Origin: an uncultured Halobacteria archaeon
Lineage (GTDB): Archaea; Halobacteriota; Syntropharchaeia; Alkanophagales; Methanospirareceae
Assembly: GCA_964400255.1 (NCBI GenBank)
Contig: CAYNTR010000001.1
Coordinates: forward strand, 1-61,064
Direction: 5' to 3'
Length of the DNA stretch: 61,064 nt
Position 1 is the first letter of the stretch, and every line of letters begins with the position of its first letter. The notes beneath the pieces were generated by a model, which saw nothing but the letters and a program-made list of their open reading frames with translations, made no database searches and had not been told where the DNA came from. A program made the translations under genes and the position numbers. Shown piece by piece: positions 17,259 through 27,043 of the stretch.

Positions 17259-19058
17259 TTAATCCTCCCGATACACCGACTTCGCTGATTTTCCACCTCT
17301 TCCTGTGTACTTCAAGCGGCCTCCTTTAAACGTAAACTCTTGAGGTCTCCGCTCTGTTTCTATCAGTTCACGTGTTCTGCCGGATATCTGTGCTCCGATG
17401 TTCGCGGCCTCCTCAGCCACTTCACTCTTCGCGATATGCAGATCGTCTATTTTAATCATGCCTGCAGCCGCCGTAGCGGCAGTGATTAATGCCTGCAATT
17501 TCACGGTGTAGGGATCGAGTATCCCCTCTTCAAACATGTCTTTGATACTCTTATCCTTTCCTGATATCCCGGCATTTTTATTACCCCGGTAATGCTCAGA
17601 TCTGAGTGACGTGAGTGTGTTAATTTGATCCATGCCGCTGTTCTTTGCTAACGCCTTTGGTATACTCTCCAAAGCGTCCGCAAACACATTAACTGCTAAT
17701 TGCTCCTTGCTTGGTATCGTTCGTGCGAAGTTCCGTAATGCCGCTGCACATTCGATCTCTGCTGCACCCCCGCCGGGCAGTACTCGTGCATCATCATACA
17801 AGCGAGCGACAGCGTGCAACGCACTTTTAATATCGCCTACCATGCCCTCAAGAATCCTGATATGAGCGCCTCGTATAAGAATTGTAGACGACTTCTTATA
17901 CGGGCAGTCTTCAAAAAAGACGAGATTAACGCCACCTACCTTTCGCTGGACTACTCTTCCAGCAAAGCCCAATTTGTCTTCGCTTAGGTCGCTTACGTCT
18001 TTAACGACCTTGCCGTTGGTGGATTTCTCTAAACGTTTCAAATCGGTCATTTTCACCCGTTTCATCAGCATGATCCCGGCCCTTCGGAACTTATCGAGTG
18101 CATCATCATCCACACCCCACCGACAACACACCACGTTTGCACCGGAATTAATGACGCCGTCTATAAGCTCGTGGAAAATCCGTGTTCGCGTCTCACGAAA
18201 CGCTCTGAAATGCGATGCCTGTGAAATAGTGACGTGAAAATCAAGCGCTCCGACCGTTTCACCTGCTTTACTTCGCTCCCGTGCCATCGTTCCGGTTGGG
18301 AGCTCCCTTCTGCCTTTTACTTTCGGCTCTTTATGTTCAATGGGGAAATCAAGCAGCGCGATCTTTGCATTCTCCATTTCTGTGGGGAGCTCGTCCAGAA
18401 CATCTCTATCCACAACCACGCCTTCAACAAACCGTGTATCGTCAACTTTACCGCCCGCTTTTGTCTCTATCACTATATCGTCCACATTGAGCGGCCACTC
18501 GTCACTATCGCAGATCCGTTTTATGCTGTCTATGATTGCCTGTACTAACCGGTCTTCGCTGTAATAATTACTCTTCTTTAAAGCGGTCTTTGCCACTTTC
18601 CGCACGTACTCATCGTTTTCTTGTATCTCTACCGGGGATGCGATATCATGTAAAACCTCTCGTGCACGTTCCAGTGCCTTCTCATATCCCCCCACAACTA
18701 CATTTTGATGTATTCCGATATTTCTCAGTTCATAACCTCGCCATACCAACTCACCAGTTAGAATCATAACGGTAGCAATGCCATCTCCAACCCGTTCACC
18801 CTGTGCCAAGCCGGCATTCAAGAGTATATCCGCGGTAGGATGCTGGTATTTTAATTCCCGCACTAAACTGTACGCATTACTGGTTACGAGATCTGCCATC
18901 CCTCCCTGCGTAGCACCACTCGCTATCAATTTCTTCGAGCCAAGCGGCCCTATCATGGATTTGAAAATATTAGAAAAGGTAAATGAGACGAGAGCATTTG
19001 CTTCCTGGATTTCTTCAGGCGGCACTTCACCCGGTGGCAATTCTTCCGTTATTGTCAT
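17259..19058 (-). CDS. Divergent group II chaperonin (thermosome paralogue)
   Basis: Cpn60/TCP-1 architecture (IGPLGSKKL, LPGGGAAEIE, IEPLR-like ILDPYTVK). The nucleotide loop reads GDGIAT rather than GDGTTT. It has an insertion of roughly 50 aa and a basic C-terminal tail. Confidence 0.7.
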   Translation of the reverse strand: MTITEELPPGEVPPEEIQEANALVSFTFSNIFKSMIGPLGSKKLIASGATQGGMADLVTSNAYSLVRELKYQHPTADILLNAGLAQGERVGDGIATVMILTGELVWRGYELRNIGIHQNVVVGGYEKALERAREVLHDIASPVEIQENDEYVRKVAKTALKKSNYYSEDRLVQAIIDSIKRICDSDEWPLNVDDIVIETKAGGKVDDTRFVEGVVVDRDVLDELPTEMENAKIALLDFPIEHKEPKVKGRRELPTGTMARERSKAGETVGALDFHVTISQASHFRAFRETRTRIFHELIDGVINSGANVVCCRWGVDDDALDKFRRAGIMLMKRVKMTDLKRLEKSTNGKVVKDVSDLSEDKLGFAGRVVQRKVGGVNLVFFEDCPYKKSSTILIRGAHIRILEGMVGDIKSALHAVARLYDDARVLPGGGAAEIECAAALRNFARTIPSKEQLAVNVFADALESIPKALAKNSGMDQINTLTSLRSEHYRGNKNAGISGKDKSIKDMFEEGILDPYTVKLQALITAATAAAGMIKIDDLHIAKSEVAEEAANIGAQISGRTRELIETERRPQEFTFKGGRLKYTGRGGKSAKSVYRED

Positions 19059-19189
19059 CTCCCCTTGTCCCGCTAATCTTAAACACCTATAATTAAGAAA
19101 TACCCGTGAACTACTAATAACTTTTAAGGATACCTACAGGACCTCTCATGAGAATGGCGATCAAGTTCTCGTCAACCTTATTATGGGCA

Positions 19190-21157
19190 TCAGCTCCCTT
19201 TGACATACGCCCATCTACGGAAGTGCTCTCGTATTATATCAGATCTGCCGATTATTCCTACCAGCTCTTTCTTGCCCCCTTCACGTTCGTCAAGGACCAC
19301 GGGCAATCTTCCCACGTGATACTTGTCCATTTTGCGCAAAGCCTCTTCTAAAGGCTCTTCAGGATAGGTCACGATTACCTCCTTCACGCACAGCAGCCCT
19401 ACTTTTTTGTACGTCGATCCTTCCTCTCGTTCCTTCTCCAGGTCCATTACGGTCGTTATTCCGATCATCTTCCCTTCGTCATCAACCACGGGATAGGTGA
19501 TGTGCTCGTGTTTCTCGGCGAAATAGAGCGCCTCAATTACGGTCATGTCTTCTGGAATGGTGAGCACTGCTTTCGTATACGCATCTTCCACTCTCAAACC
19601 CTCGAGAATGTCAACCATGAATTCTCGCCTATGTGCGGGAGATTCTTTCTTCACATCATATTGCCCTGGATATATCGTCCATCTCCATAAGAGTGAGTAT
19701 GCGGGGATAATAGCGAGTAACGCAGGAACGAACAGCTCATACGAACCTGAAATTTCAGAGACGATAAAAAGAGCGGTAAGTGGTGCATTGGCCGCAGCTC
19801 CAAAGAAAGCGGCAGCACCGATGAGTGAAAATACCCACGGATTTCCTACCGTTTCAGGGAAAAAATAGGCGAGCGTTTGTCCGACTGCTCCTCCTACTGC
19901 TGCGCCGATGGTTAACGAGGGTAAAAATGAGCCTCCACTACCTCCCGATCCCAGGGTTAAAGCGGTCCCAATGATTTTCGCAACGGCGACAAACGCTAAG
20001 ACGCTCAAAGTGAGCTCTCCGTAAAATGCCAGTTGCATAAATCCATAGCCGCCACCAAAGATGCCACTCGCTATCTCTACCCCGTTTTCCCCTTCGTGCA
20101 GGAGATTGATGATAACATAGCCAATAAGAAATAGTAAACCAAGCAGCAGTCCGCCAAATCCCGGTTTGAGATAATCCGGGATTTTCAATTTCTCAAAGAA
20201 GAACACGCGTGAGAGTTCCATGAGTTTCGCAAAGGCGATGACAAATGGGATGCAGGCTATTCCGAGCGCCAGAAAGAGCAGTAACGAAAAGGGTTTTAAG
20301 AGGGTTACAAGGTCATACGTTCCTATTTCATACAGGGGGCCCACGCCGAAGAAGGTACTGGAGATGATGTACGCGGTGATAGAACAGATGATGGCCGGCG
20401 CTAATGCCTCTATCTCCATATCCCGTTTATATAACGTTTCAATGCCAAAGAACGCGCCACCAAGCGGGGATTTGAAAATGGCCGCAATGCCAGCACCCGC
20501 AGCAGCTGCAACGATTTTCCTCCGTTCGCGATCTTCCAATTTAAAAAGTCTGCTGGACACCGAGCCTATGGTTGCACCCAGCATTGCACTTGGGCCCTCT
20601 CTGCCTGCACTTCCGCCAGATCCGATTGTCAGCACCGAGCATATCCCTCGCACCAACCCAGTCTTGCCCTTGATTATCCCCCCCTCATTGTGAAATCCAT
20701 CGATGAAGACGTCAGTCTCGTGCAGTTCGGGTTTTTCAACCGGCAACAGTTTAAATTTGATGAGTCCGCAAATCAGGCCGCCGATGGCGGGAATAAGGGC
20801 TAAGAGCACTAATAAGGATGGATTAGCGAAAGCATCCCCGAAGAGTGGGCTGAACACGAACAACTGCGGTTCATTTCGTGGCGACGGGGGATGGTACCCC
20901 CCGAAGTATTCCAAGAGCAATGGTTGGACGAAATTTAAGGCTAAAAAGAAGGCGGTAATGCCAAGACCGACTAATACACCGATGAGTGCATAATAGAACG
21001 TCTGTAAAGCCCACGTTTCCAAATATCTCCGTTCAAATGCCAATTTCTCTCCCTCACCCTTTAAAAACGTCTTCTGGTATTTATATCCTTCCCTTGATAA
21101 TTGATTACACAAATGCGCTGCAGTAAACGAACATGCACGAATTCTGCGGTAATCCAT
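19190..21157 (-). CDS. ClC chloride channel/transporter with C-terminal CBS pair
   Basis: GSGGSAGREGP and GGSGGSFLPSL selectivity-filter motifs, plus C-terminal CBS-like repeats. The 5' end as drawn overlaps ttuA, so the start is uncertain. Confidence 0.85.
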   Translation of the reverse strand: MDYRRIRACSFTAAHLCNQLSREGYKYQKTFLKGEGEKLAFERRYLETWALQTFYYALIGVLVGLGITAFFLALNFVQPLLLEYFGGYHPPSPRNEPQLFVFSPLFGDAFANPSLLVLLALIPAIGGLICGLIKFKLLPVEKPELHETDVFIDGFHNEGGIIKGKTGLVRGICSVLTIGSGGSAGREGPSAMLGATIGSVSSRLFKLEDRERRKIVAAAAGAGIAAIFKSPLGGAFFGIETLYKRDMEIEALAPAIICSITAYIISSTFFGVGPLYEIGTYDLVTLLKPFSLLLFLALGIACIPFVIAFAKLMELSRVFFFEKLKIPDYLKPGFGGLLLGLLFLIGYVIINLLHEGENGVEIASGIFGGGYGFMQLAFYGELTLSVLAFVAVAKIIGTALTLGSGGSGGSFLPSLTIGAAVGGAVGQTLAYFFPETVGNPWVFSLIGAAAFFGAAANAPLTALFIVSEISGSYELFVPALLAIIPAYSLLWRWTIYPGQYDVKKESPAHRREFMVDILEGLRVEDAYTKAVLTIPEDMTVIEALYFAEKHEHITYPVVDDEGKMIGITTVMDLEKEREEGSTYKKVGLLCVKEVIVTYPEEPLEEALRKMDKYHVGRLPVVLDEREGGKKELVGIIGRSDIIREHFRRWAYVKGS

Positions 21158-22018
21158 CAGAAATACTCCGGGCTACACCTCTGTGAGGACCACTTCGTCG
21201 AGGATGTGGAACGAAAGGTAAAAAAGGAGATGAGAAAACGGCTGATGGTCGAGAAAGGGGATACGATTGCGGTAGCTCTGAGTGGCGGGAAGGACAGCGC
21301 AGCTCTCCTCTATATGCTCACTAAGATCTTCCATAATCGAGATGATTTGAAATTCTTTGCGCTATCCGTGGATGAAGGAATACACGGTTATCGCGCGATA
21401 ACGCTCAATAATGCGGAGAAGGTGGCGAAGGATTTCGGGGTGGATTTCTTTCAAATTTCATTTGAAGAAGAGTTCGGATTTCCGCTCGATGAACTCGTAG
21501 CTAAACAATTCGAGCAGGCGCCGTGCACCTTTTGCGGTGTCTTGCGGAGGAAGCTGATCGATCGAAAAGCCAGGGAACTGGGTGCTACGAAGGTAGCAAC
21601 GGCGCATAATCTCGACGACGAAGTTCAGACCGTATTAATCAATTATATTAGAGGTGATATCGAGCGATTAGGACGGCTGAATGGTCGTCGTGAAGAGTTC
21701 ATTCCACGAATTAAGCCGTTAAGAGTCGTTCCTGAGAAGGAAGTAGCGCTCTATGCGTTTCTAGCTGGTATACCAATAATTACCGTCGATTGCCCTTACG
21801 CTCCCCGTTCGTTCCGATTCACGGTGAAAAAGATGCTGAATGAAGTCGAGCGGAAACATCCGGGGACGAAATATTCCGTGATGCGCGGCTATGAACGGCT
21901 CTCCGAATTTTTACCCCGAGCGCAACCCGGAACAAAGCTATTCCAGTGTGAGCGATGTGGTGATGCCTCGGCATCACGTATTTGCAAAGCGTGTGAGATA
22001 CTCGAAAAGATGAAATGA
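21113..22018 (+). CDS. ttuA: PP-loop tRNA 2-thiolation protein (TtuA/NcsA family)
   Basis: SGGKDS PP-loop, an N-terminal Cys pair followed by LCEDHF, and a C-terminal CERCG..CKAC zinc ribbon. First ATG at 21113; the track start at 21101 is a TTG. Confidence 0.8.
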   Translation: MRCSKRTCTNSAVIHQKYSGLHLCEDHFVEDVERKVKKEMRKRLMVEKGDTIAVALSGGKDSAALLYMLTKIFHNRDDLKFFALSVDEGIHGYRAITLNNAEKVAKDFGVDFFQISFEEEFGFPLDELVAKQFEQAPCTFCGVLRRKLIDRKARELGATKVATAHNLDDEVQTVLINYIRGDIERLGRLNGRREEFIPRIKPLRVVPEKEVALYAFLAGIPIITVDCPYAPRSFRFTVKKMLNEVERKHPGTKYSVMRGYERLSEFLPRAQPGTKLFQCERCGDASASRICKACEILEKMK

Positions 22019-22059
22019 AGAACGATTGGAATCGCAAATTACGATGATGTTCTGATCGG

Positions 22060-24189
22060 TTATCGTGTATACGTTCTCGGGAACTTAAATGGCGAGAACT
22101 CGATCCCGCCTCCCTCATAAAATTTCGTGAACCACTCGTAGTAGTGCAATCTGACCGCATGGATTGCGGACATTATCGCTTCGAGGAGTACCACGACTGT
22201 AGTCCCGGCAATGAAGACCACAAGAGCCAATACTATGTTTACCTGCGCACTTATGAAGGTCAAGAGGATGAAGACCTCAATTAACGCTGCATGAGCCAAT
22301 GCGAGCGCGAGAATTCTGCCGTAAGAGATGGTATTCGCGAGGAATCTGAAGAAGTTTTCCAGTACTGCCTCGATCACACCGGTAATGGCAATGATAAAGA
22401 TATCGATGAAAGATGGCTTCCCATGAGCGCTTTCGTGCTTCAACTCCTTAATAAAACTGAGTAGAAAGAGCAGGAATATAGGAAGCGCGACGAAGACCAC
22501 AATGCCCGTCATGACGTTAATACTCTCGATTATATTCATAACAAAGGTAATAACGCCAATCTCCACATCTGCTACAGAGGAGCGGAGTAGAACGAGTAAG
22601 AAATAGAGCGCGCCAAGTAACGTCCAAATTTTGACGATCCCGATTATTGTCCCTAGTATGTCTTTATCGGAAAGTTTGTTCGTCACACCCAATACCACGC
22701 CGAGGCCCATGTGGATTGCACCAATTAACAGAGTAATGACAAACATCCCCGTTACGTTCGGTATCGGCTCGAACCACAAGGGCTCGTGGATGAGTATCGT
22801 ATGAAGCAGATGGGGGACCTCCATCTCCATTGACGAATGGAGTAAGTGCGCTGCGTACTCACTGAATCCGAAGAATTCGCCAAAGAGGATACCCCCAATG
22901 ATCGCCCAAACACCACATAACGAGATAATCACACCCATATCTCCGAAGCCTTTTAAGCCCTTTACCCCATAAAACAGAGCCAATCCCATCACAAGTAATA
23001 ATAAACCGTGTCCGATATCCGGGAACATAAGACCAAAGAGCAGCGGGAATATTATGGCAGTGATCAGCGTCGGGTCAATATCCCGGTACGAAGGAAGGCT
23101 GTACATCCTGATGATCGATTCAAAGGGTTTGACGAATTTCGGGTTCTTTAACAGCGAAGGCACACGCACATCCACTCTCTTGGGCTCTCGCACCTCAATC
23201 ACACACAGCCCACCCACCTCTTCGCTTATCCCCTCGATTACGGTATCAACCTTTTCCTCAGGTGTCCACCCCTCGATGACCCGTACACGTTCACTTGAGC
23301 CGAAGAGAATCTTAATCTTTGCCTTGCTTTCCTCTATTTGCACGAGCTCGTGCATCAGTAGCAGGTCTTGAAGTCGTGCGCTCCGAATTTCTTCAACCTC
23401 ACGCTCTTTTTCTTTTATCTTAGCCTCAAGCCCCTCTATTCTCGTTTCTACATTCGCTATTGCATCGGTTGTTCTCTGGGGAATCTCACGGGGGAGCCGA
23501 TAGGACTCAAAGTCCACTATTCTCAGTGCCCGTTCAACTTCCGCTTTATCCTTTTTCAAGGCTACAATTACAGCGAACGCAAAAGAGATGGTTTCTCCTT
23601 CCTCTGTCATCACCTTCGAAACAACAAGATGATTTTTACCAGTCACCGTTTCGAGTGATGTCTTCAGCTCCTCTAAATTCTTGATCGGCACTTTACCCAC
23701 ATACACGGACGTAAAATCCTTCTCGCCTACAAAATCCAAATCAATATCAAATTCTTTTAAGAGCTTTAAAACCCGTAAGAGACCCTTTGGATGTGACAGG
23801 TCCTCTCGTAATCGTCCAATATCCGAGGTTAACGTCGTTACGGTCTTCTCTAATTCGCTAAACTCCTTTTCTATCTTGTCTACTTGTATCTCCTCTGCCG
23901 TTACTTTCACTCCTTTCTCCTCGAACGGCCGCTCAATTTTCAATTCTTCACCTGCACTCGGGGGTCGCAGCAAAGCTATCAGATTGGCCATCCTCGTCAA
24001 GAGCTCAGAGGCTTTGAGTACCGTTGCTTCAGCTTTAGATGGCTCTATTAACCCTTCCCATTCATCTAAGAATTCCTTTATATCAGTAATATGAACAGTA
24101 CCTAAGGTGTCGAGTTTTTTGATTATCAGATCGGTATCTTTATCCAACGCGACAATGCGCAGTTCCCTCATCTCCGCAGGTTTCAGCAT
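22060..24189 (-). CDS. atpI: A/V-type ATP synthase subunit I (a-subunit)
   Basis: N-terminal coiled-coil cytoplasmic half and a polytopic C-terminal half with ISYGRILALALAH (essential Arg) and RLHYYEWFTKFYEGGG. ATG at 24189 (MLKPAEMREL); the track start at 24210 is a GTG. Confidence 0.85.
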   Translation of the reverse strand: MLKPAEMRELRIVALDKDTDLIIKKLDTLGTVHITDIKEFLDEWEGLIEPSKAEATVLKASELLTRMANLIALLRPPSAGEELKIERPFEEKGVKVTAEEIQVDKIEKEFSELEKTVTTLTSDIGRLREDLSHPKGLLRVLKLLKEFDIDLDFVGEKDFTSVYVGKVPIKNLEELKTSLETVTGKNHLVVSKVMTEEGETISFAFAVIVALKKDKAEVERALRIVDFESYRLPREIPQRTTDAIANVETRIEGLEAKIKEKEREVEEIRSARLQDLLLMHELVQIEESKAKIKILFGSSERVRVIEGWTPEEKVDTVIEGISEEVGGLCVIEVREPKRVDVRVPSLLKNPKFVKPFESIIRMYSLPSYRDIDPTLITAIIFPLLFGLMFPDIGHGLLLLVMGLALFYGVKGLKGFGDMGVIISLCGVWAIIGGILFGEFFGFSEYAAHLLHSSMEMEVPHLLHTILIHEPLWFEPIPNVTGMFVITLLIGAIHMGLGVVLGVTNKLSDKDILGTIIGIVKIWTLLGALYFLLVLLRSSVADVEIGVITFVMNIIESINVMTGIVVFVALPIFLLFLLSFIKELKHESAHGKPSFIDIFIIAITGVIEAVLENFFRFLANTISYGRILALALAHAALIEVFILLTFISAQVNIVLALVVFIAGTTVVVLLEAIMSAIHAVRLHYYEWFTKFYEGGGIEFSPFKFPRTYTR

Positions 24190-24376
24190 CGTATCCTCGT
24201 ACCTGTACACCGTGGGTATCTCTACCTACCTACCTAACTATATACCAAACGAAATGTTATGCTTTTTAAAACTTATGCTTTTGATCCACGGGAGGAGAGA
24301 ACCGGAATCAAACTTTTTATATGCCGAGCGGCATGGTTATGGTATCAACAAACAAGAACAGAGGAAAGGGTCAAAA

Positions 24377-25501
24377 ATGGAAGAGAGAAAGGATTTCAGC
24401 GATTTGAAGCGTGAAGTAATAGATGCGGGTAAATGTTCACTGTGCGGTGGTTGCGTTGCTACCTGCAAGTTGCTCGATCTTGGTTTTCTTGGTATGGACT
24501 TTTCTGAGGGTAAACCAGTGATTGGAGAAGGGCAGGTGCTTTCGTCGATGTGCGGGTCCTGTTATGCGTCGCAAGCTAGACCAGTGATAATCGAAGGGCA
24601 GCGGTGCCCGATAAATTGTGGATACTGCTACTATCAGTGCCCACGGGTAGCGGAACCGAAGTCAAGGGAAGGACTGGAAGAGATTTACGAAGTGGTGAGT
24701 AAAGATGCGGAGATTAGGCAAGCATGTAATAATGGTGGTGCGGCTCTTTCACTGCTCGCCTCCGCACTTGCTGATGCGGTAGTGGAGGGGTGCATAACTG
24801 TTGGCCATGATGGCGATCTGATGCCTGAGGTGCGCGTTGCAATGCATAAGGGTGCTTTACTAGAGAAAGAGAGCGGCCCCTATGGGTCTGCAGCCGTACT
24901 GACTGGTATACCAGATGCGATTTTGAACTACGGCCTCTGGAGCGTCGCCTTAATGGGTACACCGTGTCAAATGGCGGCGTATGAGAAGATGCTTGAAGTG
25001 GGCCGTGGTACACACAATGCCCATGATTTTTCGTCCAATATACGATTAAGGATTAGCGTATTTTGCAGGGGTGCGTATTCGTATGACGCCTTAATGAAGG
25101 ACTTTCTTGAACGCGAGCATGGTATTACTCCTGACGAGATAACAAAGTTAGACATTCAGGAGGATGGATTCCATGTATATGCCGGAGATAAGGAGCTGTT
25201 ACATGCAAGATTAGTCGAGATCGAAGATTATAAGCGAGAGGGGTGCAAGATCTGTGAAGATTTAATCGGGCGGTTTGCAGACGTCAGTGTTGGGCATATC
25301 GGCTCACCTGCGGGTAAGTCAACCGTTATCATTCACACTGAGGTTGGGAAGGAGGTATTCGAACGTGCGATTGAATGGGGCTTTATTGAAGTGAAACCGT
25401 TAGACAAGGCAGGTGCAGATTTGATACGTCGATTGCAGCAAGAGAAGAAAGAGACGGGAATGGCAGAGAAGGAACGAAGGGAAAAGTTGGCAGAGCAGTA
25501 G
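24377..25501 (+). CDS. Coenzyme F420 hydrogenase/dehydrogenase beta-subunit family protein (FrhB/FdhB-like)
   Basis: CSLCGGCVATC and CGYCYYQCP clusters, a FrhB-like N/C domain layout, and C..KICEDL near the C-terminus. The ATG at 24377 follows GGAAAGGG. The 90 upstream codons of the track ORF overlap the atpI 5' region and look non-coding. Confidence 0.6.
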   Translation: MEERKDFSDLKREVIDAGKCSLCGGCVATCKLLDLGFLGMDFSEGKPVIGEGQVLSSMCGSCYASQARPVIIEGQRCPINCGYCYYQCPRVAEPKSREGLEEIYEVVSKDAEIRQACNNGGAALSLLASALADAVVEGCITVGHDGDLMPEVRVAMHKGALLEKESGPYGSAAVLTGIPDAILNYGLWSVALMGTPCQMAAYEKMLEVGRGTHNAHDFSSNIRLRISVFCRGAYSYDALMKDFLEREHGITPDEITKLDIQEDGFHVYAGDKELLHARLVEIEDYKREGCKICEDLIGRFADVSVGHIGSPAGKSTVIIHTEVGKEVFERAIEWGFIEVKPLDKAGADLIRRLQQEKKETGMAEKERREKLAEQ

Positions 25502-25522
25502 AGAAGGACTGGTACCATAATA

Positions 25523-26335
25523 ATGGAGATAGAGGAGCTGTTAGAGATTTCCTCGGAGATACGAGATTCTATACGAACCTACCTTTTAGAGACTCCAGAC
25601 TATGGAGAAGTACTAAAGCGAAGAACGCAGGACGTAACGAGAAAGATCGATCTGTTCGCGGAAGAGGCGTTACAAAATGCCTTACAGAGCCGTAATCTCT
25701 GTGCGCGGATAATCTCAGAGGAATTGGGTGACCATGTGTATCCGGAAGACGGCGAACCGGAATTCACGCTCATCTTTGACCCTGTCGATGGGTCTACTAA
25801 TGCTACCCTTGGTATCCCGTTCTTCTGCTCCTCGATTGCGTACTCATCGAACGTGGAACACGTTATGTTTAAAGACCTTGAAATGAGTGTCGTTACGTCT
25901 ATCTATGGGAAGACCTATTATGCGGTGAAGGGCGACCGTGCATGGGTCGATGGCACGCGGCTTCCTCGTACGATAAAAGGGAAGACGAAACGTGCGTTCT
26001 CGATCTATACCTACGGCGCTGATGCAATTCCCGATGCTCTGATAAAATTCCTGAAAAACAGGAATATGGTTATTCGCGTGCTGGGCAGTATAGCCTTGGA
26101 GATATGCTTAGTTGCGGAAGGTGTCTTGGATGCGGTCGTAGATGTTCGTGACTTAATAAACGGTTATGACATTGCCGGGGCCGCACTCATTTTAAAAGAG
26201 GCGGGTGGCATCATTACCGATTCAGAAGGGAAAGCGTTTAAAACTGAAGTAGGGAAAACGAGCAACATTTCCCTTATTGCTGCGTTAGAGCCGGATATGT
26301 ATAGACAAATGCGTGAGATTGCATCGTCACAATAG
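25523..26335 (+). CDS. suhB: Inositol monophosphatase / fructose-1,6-bisphosphatase family protein
   Basis: EE..., FDPVDGSTNA and the later W.YDIAG-type motif (NGYDIAGAALI). Confidence 0.75.
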   Translation: MEIEELLEISSEIRDSIRTYLLETPDYGEVLKRRTQDVTRKIDLFAEEALQNALQSRNLCARIISEELGDHVYPEDGEPEFTLIFDPVDGSTNATLGIPFFCSSIAYSSNVEHVMFKDLEMSVVTSIYGKTYYAVKGDRAWVDGTRLPRTIKGKTKRAFSIYTYGADAIPDALIKFLKNRNMVIRVLGSIALEICLVAEGVLDAVVDVRDLINGYDIAGAALILKEAGGIITDSEGKAFKTEVGKTSNISLIAALEPDMYRQMREIASSQ

Positions 26336-26347
26336 ACTGAAGAACCC

Positions 26348-26581
26348 TTAAAGACTCCCAATGAGTTCAAGCCATTCGTCCCTCGATAGTTTTGCATCGC
26401 TTATTATTTTTCGAATCATACCTTTTCCAATATCCTCTCCGGGGTGAACGGTAATGAGCGTAGTTCTCCCATCGGGATGTCGCATGAATAAATGACCTCC
26501 TTTTTGTCTGATTTGTTTGAAACCAATCTTTTCCAGCGCTTTTATTATTGTTTTAGCGGGAAGAGGTTTGATTTTTGTCAT
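26348..26581 (-). CDS. hicA: HicA-family toxin
   Basis: KTIIKALEKIGFKQIRQKGGHLFMRHPDGRTTLITVHPGEDIGKGMIRKI is canonical HicA/YcfA. Confidence 0.85.
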   Translation of the reverse strand: MTKIKPLPAKTIIKALEKIGFKQIRQKGGHLFMRHPDGRTTLITVHPGEDIGKGMIRKIISDAKLSRDEWLELIGSL

Positions 26582-26700
26582 TTTATAGCTCTGCTTATCT
26601 AGGACTTAATAAAGGGCAGTGTCGTGATGTAACCTTTAATAGCACTTCACAAATCACCATAGAAAACGAGACTACCAATTTCAAAAATTCATTTAGATAG

Positions 26701-26913
26701 TCACTTCAACCTTCTGAATACCCACAATGCTAAAGGGATCTCCTCTACGAGTTCAGATTCAACCTCTAGATAGAGCTGTATTGCCTCTTTTATCCGTTCT
26801 TGCAACTCTTCGAGAGTTTTAGCCTGCGTATGGCAGCCTTCCAGTTCAGGTACCGAGGCGACATATATTCCATCCTCATCCTGCTCGATAACGATGGTGA
26901 ATTCCTTCTTCAT
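26701..26913 (-). CDS. hicB: HicB-like (UPF0150) antitoxin
   Basis: FTIVIEQDEDGIYVASVPELEGCHTQAKTLEEL..IKEAIQLYLE is typical of small HicB. A 119-nt gap separates it from hicA. Confidence 0.8.
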   Translation of the reverse strand: MKKEFTIVIEQDEDGIYVASVPELEGCHTQAKTLEELQERIKEAIQLYLEVESELVEEIPLALWVFRRLK

Positions 26914-26963
26914 CTTAATTTCATCCTTAACTCAGATATTTAAAAGGTTTTTCATAAAGACCG

Positions 26964-26970
26964 TTTATAT
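26964..26970 (+). promoter_or_regulatory. Putative TATA box upstream of ABCE1
   Basis: TTTATAT lies ~75 nt upstream of the ATG at 27044. Confidence 0.3.
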
Positions 26971-27043
26971 TCTTCTTCAGCAGTCTTGTACTGAACCAGC
27001 CAGAAACCAATAACCAAACGGGCAATGGAGAACAAAAGTAAAA

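Noticed and set aside
24107-24376. The 90-codon N-terminal extension of the FrhB-like ORF.
   Set aside because: The extension overlaps the atpI 5' end and promoter region and is hydrophobic and low-complexity. A good ATG preceded by GGAAAGGG at 24377 begins the conserved MEERKDFSDLKREVIDAGKCSLCGGC sequence.
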